Of a DNA stretch of 64,000 bases, positions 58,365-64,000 are shown one piece after another. Location of the stretch: assembly GCA_028288995.1 (NCBI GenBank), contig JAQGHF010000004.1, positions 57,204-121,203 of the forward strand. Reading direction: 5' to 3'. Below the pieces are notes generated by a model. That model was not told the DNA's origin. It ran no database searches and saw nothing but the letters and a program-made list of their open reading frames with translations. The DNA comes from Candidatus Saccharimonadota bacterium (GTDB lineage: Bacteria; Patescibacteriota; Saccharimonadia; Saccharimonadales; Saccharimonadaceae). Every line of letters begins with the position of its first letter. Position 1 is the first letter of the stretch. A program made the translations under genes and the position numbers.

Positions 58365-58487
58365 TCCATCCTTTTCTCACCGTTTTCTAGAGGAGGATGT
58401 CCCCTCACGGGGCGAGCCAAGCGCCATGGGCGAACTTCAGTTCCCCATAGAGCGGCCTCCGAAAGAGAATGGTGAGAAAAGGATGGA
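58365..58487. repeat. Palindromic structured element, copy 2 (core inverted relative to copy 1)
   Basis: Perfect 17-bp arms (58365-58381 / 58471-58487) enclosing a 73-nt core (58391-58463). Confidence 0.9.
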
Positions 58488-58488
58488 A

Positions 58489-59244
58489 TTACAGCTGCGT
58501 TAAAATCTCAGCGCCATCCTCAGTAATAAGCACCGTGTGCTCAAAATGAGCCGCAAGGCTGCCATCACGAGTCGAGATTGTCCAACCGTCGTCTTCTTGT
58601 TTGATGCGTTCACCGCCAAGCGTTGCCATTGGTTCAATTGCGATCGTATCGCCCGGCGTTAAGAATGTGCCAGTTCCCTTTTTGCCGTAGTTTGGCACTT
58701 CAGGTGCTTGGTGCATTTCGTGACCAACACCGTGACCGACGAGTTCGCGGATAACACCGAGTTTCGCTTCTTTCAGAACCTTCTCAACAGCCGCGCCAAT
58801 ATCACCAGTTCGCACTGGACCTTTAATGGCATCAATCCCTGCGTAAAGACTTCGTTCGGTTGCATTGATTAAGTGCTTTTGGGCACCGTTTGGCTCGCCG
58901 CCAACGACCGTCGTAAAGGCACTATCAGTCTTCATACCTTTGTACGTAATGACTAAATCAAAGCTAACGATATCACCTTTTTGTAGGATGTAATCGGTTG
59001 GAATACCATGCACAATCTGCTCGTTTGTTGAGATACAAATGGCTGCAGGAAACTCTACTTCGGGAGTTTTATACGTTGCGATTGCACCAAGTCGCATAAT
59101 TTCTTTATCCACCCAAGCATCGAGTTCTTTTTCGCTGACACCAGGGACAATTTGCTTTTTAAGACCATCGAAAACAGTCGCGAGGATCTTACCGCCATCG
59201 CGCATTGCTTGAATTTCTTCAGGGGTTTTTTGTGGACCTATCAT
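58489..59244 (-). CDS. map: Methionine aminopeptidase type I
   Basis: CISTNEQIVHGIP, DSAFT, GHGVG..MHQAP, AIEPM, AAHFEHT. Confidence 0.96.
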   Translation of the reverse strand: MIGPQKTPEEIQAMRDGGKILATVFDGLKKQIVPGVSEKELDAWVDKEIMRLGAIATYKTPEVEFPAAICISTNEQIVHGIPTDYILQKGDIVSFDLVITYKGMKTDSAFTTVVGGEPNGAQKHLINATERSLYAGIDAIKGPVRTGDIGAAVEKVLKEAKLGVIRELVGHGVGHEMHQAPEVPNYGKKGTGTFLTPGDTIAIEPMATLGGERIKQEDDGWTISTRDGSLAAHFEHTVLITEDGAEILTQL

Positions 59245-59786
59245 GCGAGTTCTCGACTTGTCAGTTCTGCAACAACGCGGTCGTGCACTTGTCCCACTGT
59301 GCCCGTTCCATCGATGTGAACAATCGGAACATTTTGTTCAGTAAGGTAATTCAGCACTGGGTACATTTCTTGGCGATAAATTTTGAGACGTTCGTCGATT
59401 GCTTCTGGTGTATCGTCGGCACGTCCACGAATTGCGAGACGCTTTAAGAGTTCTTCGCGTGGTACTTCGAGGACAATCACGAGCGCAACCGAACGACCAT
59501 GCTCTGGCCGACTGTCAACAAGCCACTGTGCCTGCGGTAGTAGCCGTGGAAAGCCATCAAGAATCAATTGATCAATGTTCGCCGCGTGTGAGATCGCTTC
59601 GCCCATAATCTTTGTAATGGCTTCGTGCGGCACCATTTTTCCCTCGTGCATCACATGCAAAAGGTCAACGTCTTTGGTGTCACGAAGCAATTGTCCGGCA
59701 CTTAACCAGCGCCAACCCATACGGGCAGCTAAGATTTGTCCCTGGACACTTTTTCCTGCGCCGGCAGGTCCGAAAAATACAATCAT
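59241..59786 (-). CDS. adk: Adenylate kinase (short LID)
   Basis: GPAGAGKS, ILDGFPR, RGRADD. Confidence 0.88.
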   Translation of the reverse strand: MIVFFGPAGAGKSVQGQILAARMGWRWLSAGQLLRDTKDVDLLHVMHEGKMVPHEAITKIMGEAISHAANIDQLILDGFPRLLPQAQWLVDSRPEHGRSVALVIVLEVPREELLKRLAIRGRADDTPEAIDERLKIYRQEMYPVLNYLTEQNVPIVHIDGTGTVGQVHDRVVAELTSRELA

Positions 59787-59806
59787 ATCTCTATAGTATA
59801 GGGCGG

Positions 59807-60265
59807 TTAAAGATTAGCCAATGCTTCTTTGACAAGACGAGCAATTGTGCCGCCATCAGCACTGTTGCCGAGTTGGCTTTTAACTGCGCCGATAACTTGA
59901 CCCATCATTGCTGAGTTAGTAGCGCCAGTAGCAACAATTGCTTCATCAACAGCAATTTTAATATCTGCTTCCGAGGTTTGCTCGGGCAAGTATTTCTCCA
60001 GAACTTTTGATTCCGCACGTTCTGTTTGTGCAAGTTCTGGGCGCTCGGCACCATCGTAAATCGCAGCACTTTCAGCGCGCTTTTTCACTTCACGAATAAG
60101 GATTTTTTCAATCTCAGCATCAGCCAGACCAACGTCACGCTTCTTTTGTGCTACTTCTTCGTTCAGCACGGCTGCTTTGAAATCACGCAGCACACTCGCA
60201 GTAAAACGATCGCCGCTCAAAAGAGCGGCTTTGATATCGTTATCGAATTGTTGCTTTAAAGCCAT
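59807..60265 (-). CDS. GatB/YqeY domain protein
   Basis: EVKKRAESAAIY, LEKYLP, MGQVIG, ADGG; next to rpsU. Confidence 0.92.
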   Translation of the reverse strand: MALKQQFDNDIKAALLSGDRFTASVLRDFKAAVLNEEVAQKKRDVGLADAEIEKILIREVKKRAESAAIYDGAERPELAQTERAESKVLEKYLPEQTSEADIKIAVDEAIVATGATNSAMMGQVIGAVKSQLGNSADGGTIARLVKEALANL

Positions 60266-60269
60266 GAAC

Positions 60270-60485
60270 CTACTTTAGGCCTAGGCGGGCTTTGTTTAGC
60301 TTGTCAGCTTTGCGCTCTTTGCGAATAATCGCTTTTGCACGGCGTTCAGGCTTGCTGATTGGCTTTGCGAATCGCATTGAAGCCTTCGCTTCTGCGAGGA
60401 CACCACTTTGCAAAACCTTTCGGTTGAAACGACGAATAATATTCTCGTTTGCTTCTCGTTCGTCTTTACGTGTTACTTGTACCAT
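60270..60485 (-). CDS. rpsU: 30S ribosomal protein S21
   Basis: ENIIRRFNRKV..SGVL, RFAKP; TTGTCA-17-TACAAT promoter upstream. Confidence 0.88.
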   Translation of the reverse strand: MVQVTRKDEREANENIIRRFNRKVLQSGVLAEAKASMRFAKPISKPERRAKAIIRKERKADKLNKARLGLK

Positions 60486-60539
60486 ATGTGATGTATTGTA
60501 ACAGATGTAACTAAGGTTGACAAGTGTTTAGAGGCACCA

Positions 60540-60591
60540 AAGAAAAAGAGTCCGCACTTGAGAGAGCGGACTCAATCTCTTGTGCGGACTC
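60540..60591 (-). terminator. Intrinsic terminator with a duplicated 5' arm
   Basis: Minus strand GAGTCCGCAC..GAGTCCGC..GTGCGGACTC-TTTTTCTTT. Confidence 0.7.
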
Positions 60592-60605
60592 GTACCTGGT
60601 AACGA

Positions 60606-61007
60606 TTACGAATCCATTCTGTGATAGTGAGGCCGTGGCGATTCGACGTAGACCTTGTACTCCTTGCGGACATACGAGATCGTTTCGTCTTCGTTCACAA
60701 CCTCGTCGTAGGTGCAGCCTCTGAAGACGTACGAGCCACTCAGCTCATCCATCACACCAAAGCTGGTGATTTCCACAAGCGTCACCTCCTCGGTTTCGAC
60801 ATCCGCATGAGCGCGAAGCTGACCATCCTCGGTAGTACTGACACTGTCGAATTCCCAGCCGATCACCCACGTCAGAGTAATGCCTGCGTCGTCTTGAATC
60901 GCCTTCGCAACCTGCTCGGCGCTTGGCCATGCAAGAACACTGTCTGAACTCAGAGAGATGTTCTTCAACGCCTTGTCGGCGTCCTTGTTAATCGTTGATA
61001 CTACCAA
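60606..61007 (-). CDS. Hypothetical acidic protein (islet)
   Basis: 133-aa ORF, TTG start with SD-like AAAGGTG, own terminator. Confidence 0.55.
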   Translation of the reverse strand: MVVSTINKDADKALKNISLSSDSVLAWPSAEQVAKAIQDDAGITLTWVIGWEFDSVSTTEDGQLRAHADVETEEVTLVEITSFGVMDELSGSYVFRGCTYDEVVNEDETISYVRKEYKVYVESPRPHYHRMDS

Positions 61008-61083
61008 TGTACATTCACCTTTCGCCTAGAGCATCGCGGAATTTCCGAAATGAAGTCTGTGAATTAGGTATATTATACAACTA

Positions 61084-62763
61084 TTAGTCAATTATTTCAA
61101 GGTGTAAAAGTTGTCCCTCAACATTCCGCCTACCGTTCCATTCGTTCACATCCACGGTGTACCAAACTGTCACGGTTTCACCTGGCTCGGCAAAGAAATG
61201 ATCGGGCGCATTAAAGGCGATCATGTCGATTTTTCGACCAGCCATATCGAGGCTGAGTTTGACGTGCTGGCTGTCCGCGCCCATTTTTCGCTGGTTCACA
61301 ACGACGACGTTATTGGATTTTAAGATCGGTTGCGGATTGCCACTACCGAATGGTTCAAGCTGCTTTAACGAATCGACGAGTGCTTCGTCCAGGTCGTGAA
61401 ATGCGGCGTCACTATCTGCTTTTGGTAGCAATAATAACGGCTGATTAATCAATTTCTGCTGTTTGTAAAAGTCATTTACGCGTTTTCGGAAGGCTGGAAT
61501 ATTTGCGGTTGGTAATGTCACGCCAGCAGCAAGTTTATGCCCCCCACCCTTGGTAATAATGTCGTCGGAAGCACGAATTGCATCGGCTGCACTAAAATCA
61601 CCGTAACTTCTAGCAGAACCTTTCGATTCTTCACCCATTTCTTCCAATACGTAGGTTGGTTTCTTATATTTTTCAAGAAGTTTCGCTGCAACAATCCCCA
61701 CGATACCGTGGTTCCAGCCCACGGAACTCACGACCAACACTGGCAACGAGGCGTATTCCTCCGCCTGAATAATTGCCGCCTTTAAAATTTCATCCTGTTC
61801 TGCTCGGCGTGCTTTATTCATTGCATCCAGTTGATTCGCAATCTCCAAAGCTTTCAAACCATCAGTTGCGGTGAGAAGATCAAGCGAATGCTGCGCCGTC
61901 TCCATACGCCCTGAGGCGTTCATACGTGGACCGAGTCCAAATCCCAGGCTTCGTGCGTTTAGGCTCTCTGGGCGGACGCTAGCAACCGCCATGAGCGCTT
62001 TTAGACCGGGTCGCCTGGTCTGCGACAAGACTTTCAGTCCCCAGAAGACGTGCATACGATTTTCATCGATGAGTGTGACGACATCACAGACGGTTCCGAG
62101 TGCTACCAAATCGAGCAGCCATTTTTCTTGACCCTTCGGTAATCCTTCAAGGACAGTCTGCAACGCTTGCACTAATTTGAAAGCAACACCAACCCCAGGA
62201 ATATCAAGGAACGGATAAAGTTTTTTGTCGGCGTCGGGCTTTAATAAAAACCCTTCGTAACTATCAGGATTATCATGCAAAAGCCGCTTCGGGTTGATCG
62301 TCGCAATCGCTGGCGGCGGTGTATCAGCGACATTATGGTGGTCAGTCACAATAACGTCGGCGCCAAGTTCGTTGGCGCGAGCAATTTCAACGTGGCTCAA
62401 ACTTCCACAGTCAACGGTCAGAATAAGCTCTGCACCAGTAGCAGCAATCTTCTCGACCGCATCAACCGTTAGCCCATAACCCTCGACGAAACGATTTGGA
62501 ATAAATGCCGAGACGTTCTCGAAACCGAAGCTCCCAAGCGCATCAATCAGCAGTGTTGTCGCGGTCAATCCATCAATGTCATAGTCACCGTAAATCGTAA
62601 TCTTCTGTTGCTTGTCGTGGGCAACGACGAGGCGATCCACGGCTGTTTGCATGTCAGGCAACAGGAACGAATCGTGCTTTTTTTCGTAATCCGGCGACAA
62701 AAAAACAGCCCGATTCTCGGGCGTAATTCCTCTTGCTTTTAAGATGTTTTCAAATAATGACAT
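61084..62763 (-). CDS. recJ: Single-stranded-DNA exonuclease RecJ
   Basis: YGDYDIDG, PNRFVEGYG, VDCG, DHH, GSAR, GGHKLAAG. Confidence 0.96.
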   Translation of the reverse strand: MSLFENILKARGITPENRAVFLSPDYEKKHDSFLLPDMQTAVDRLVVAHDKQQKITIYGDYDIDGLTATTLLIDALGSFGFENVSAFIPNRFVEGYGLTVDAVEKIAATGAELILTVDCGSLSHVEIARANELGADVIVTDHHNVADTPPPAIATINPKRLLHDNPDSYEGFLLKPDADKKLYPFLDIPGVGVAFKLVQALQTVLEGLPKGQEKWLLDLVALGTVCDVVTLIDENRMHVFWGLKVLSQTRRPGLKALMAVASVRPESLNARSLGFGLGPRMNASGRMETAQHSLDLLTATDGLKALEIANQLDAMNKARRAEQDEILKAAIIQAEEYASLPVLVVSSVGWNHGIVGIVAAKLLEKYKKPTYVLEEMGEESKGSARSYGDFSAADAIRASDDIITKGGGHKLAAGVTLPTANIPAFRKRVNDFYKQQKLINQPLLLLPKADSDAAFHDLDEALVDSLKQLEPFGSGNPQPILKSNNVVVVNQRKMGADSQHVKLSLDMAGRKIDMIAFNAPDHFFAEPGETVTVWYTVDVNEWNGRRNVEGQLLHLEIID

Positions 62764-63065
62764 TAGGCCTGATTGGGAGTAGTTCGCTTTGGCCGAGTCG
62801 CTTGTTGCTGAGACTTAATAACGATACTCTGTAGTTCCTTAAAGATTGGGAACTGTTTGTTAGTTGCGTAGATCTTGGTGTTACCCTGCTTCTCGCTGGT
62901 AAGGAACCCGACTTTTTCGAGACGCTTCAATTCGCGCTGAATATTTCCTGGATCTTCTTTAATAAGTTTGGCAAGACCACGAACATGAGTACGGAAATCA
63001 GGGTACTTGGCGTATACCACCACAATTTTTCGTCGCACCCGAGATGTAATAAATACGTCTAACAT
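62763..63065 (-). CDS. Winged-helix DNA-binding protein coupled to recJ
   Basis: HVRGLAKLIKEDPGNIQRELKRLEKVGFL; TAATG stop/start overlap with recJ. Confidence 0.8.
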   Translation of the reverse strand: MLDVFITSRVRRKIVVVYAKYPDFRTHVRGLAKLIKEDPGNIQRELKRLEKVGFLTSEKQGNTKIYATNKQFPIFKELQSIVIKSQQQATRPKRTTPNQA

Positions 63066-63141
63066 GTTTCCCCTTAATTAACCTCTCGTTCACATTCACT
63101 GTAACGTTGATTTTTATTCTACACTTTTTCACTATCTACGG

Positions 63142-63798
63142 TCAACGCCAATTCAGGACTATTTTATTAATTTTGGCGACTGTTTCCTCGTGAGATGGAA
63201 TCGTATTCTGATTATAATAATGATTCGTATCGAGATAGTTTTCCTTCACATCCAGAATGTGGAGCTCGTCCGCAAGCATGTGGAGCTTGTCGACTGCCTG
63301 CACTGACGCAACCGGGGCGGCAATGACGAGGCGCGAAATTCGAATCGGTTTTAAGAAATCGATTGCCGCGTCGAGTGCTGCACCGCTGTTAAACCCATCT
63401 GCCACCAAAATCACAACATGATCCCGAAGCATTTCGTGATCGATAAGTCCCCCATCACCAAGTAAACGGTTGATCTTTTGGAATGCTTCGCGCTTCTGCT
63501 CCTCGAGATACCCGTGATATTCACTGGTGTACTCCTCCATCTCACCTTCTGTGAATGAGCTATTAAGACTAAAAGATCCGTCCTGAGAGACAGCACCAAA
63601 ACTCATACTTTCGCCTGGAATATCAATGCTCTCAACGAGCAGCATCGTCAGGATACTATGAAGTGCCGCAGCGATTTGCTCACCAACAAGAACACCACCA
63701 TCACTTAAGGCAACCACCGCACAGTTCTCATAGCGATAGCGTTCTAATAGGTCCGCGGCAAGCTTTGCTCCGGCTTCTTCTCGACTCTCAAAATACAT
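63142..63798 (-). CDS. Type I phosphoribosyltransferase-family protein
   Basis: FESREEAG..LA, VALSDGG, VILVADGFNSG (degenerate PRPP loop). Confidence 0.82.
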   Translation of the reverse strand: MYFESREEAGAKLAADLLERYRYENCAVVALSDGGVLVGEQIAAALHSILTMLLVESIDIPGESMSFGAVSQDGSFSLNSSFTEGEMEEYTSEYHGYLEEQKREAFQKINRLLGDGGLIDHEMLRDHVVILVADGFNSGAALDAAIDFLKPIRISRLVIAAPVASVQAVDKLHMLADELHILDVKENYLDTNHYYNQNTIPSHEETVAKINKIVLNWR

Positions 63799-63849
63799 AT
63801 GCTTATATTAGCATGATTATTGCCTCGCAGAAGGCGCTATACTAGGTAC

Positions 63850-64000
63850 ATGTCCAGGGAGTTACATTACTACGAGGTTGCGCCTTTACGCATTATTCGA
63901 GCCGGCAGCTCGACCTTTACGTATGCCTCCGTAGAGCCGTTACTAGTTGGTCACATCGTCACGATCGAAGTCGGTAAAAAGATCCTCGTTGGAGTGATTA
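63850..64000 (+). CDS. priA: Primosomal protein N' N-terminus (partial)
   Basis: Manual translation MSRELHYYEVAP...FTYAS...VGHIVTIEVGKKILVGVI resembles the PriA 3'-binding domain; only ~50 codons visible. Confidence 0.6.
   Translation, partial: MSRELHYYEVAPLRIIRAGSSTFTYASVEPLLVGHIVTIEVGKKILVGVI

Noticed and set aside
57343-58487. Integron attC sites or CRISPR repeats
   Set aside because: The ends do not fit RYYYAAC/GTTRRRY, the cores are inverted rather than direct, there are only two copies ~1 kb apart with genes between them, and no intI or cas gene is present.
1-64000. tRNA, rRNA, tmRNA, IS elements, and numerous 60-200 aa antisense ORFs in the track
   Set aside because: No cloverleaf/TTCGA-CCA pattern or rRNA-sized gap in the intergenic regions, and no transposase motif. 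The short ORFs lie opposite well-supported genes.

Overview
Gene-dense, mostly minus-strand core-genome window. By inference it is from a Patescibacteria (CPR) genome, most likely Saccharibacteria/TM7, based on the reduced operons, short EF-Ts, Cys-less NrdR and typical surface proteins. It carries translation genes (rpmA, prfB, serS, lysS, proS, frr, tsf, rpsB, rpmE2, prfA, prmC, rplU, ileS, map, rpsU), division and envelope genes (ftsEX plus a CHAP hydrolase and an S41 protease, murD, uppS, rseP, LCP, ftsA, ftsZ), secA/lepB, parAB, xseAB, recJ and the start of priA. I found no rRNA, tRNA, CRISPR array, integrase or transposase. One- or two-gene islets sit between conserved genes. The most notable observations are: (1) two inverted copies of a ~72-nt branched core, each enclosed by its own unrelated perfect 17-20 bp stem, flanking a NUDIX plus membrane-protein islet; (2) an actinobacterial-type ileS T-box (ultrashort Stem I) upstream of a type-2 IleRS that has an intact LMW-PTP/ArsC-like domain inserted; (3) a shared C-terminal AAVLGA...IFGxAWYWW-TM-basic signal on two adjacent surface proteins; (4) a DHCR24/sterol-reductase-like flavoprotein; (5) a prophage-free Mu-Gam-like gene; (6) many -10 boxes 6-7 nt before start codons, suggesting leaderless mRNAs. 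All family assignments come from motif recognition by eye, not from database searches.
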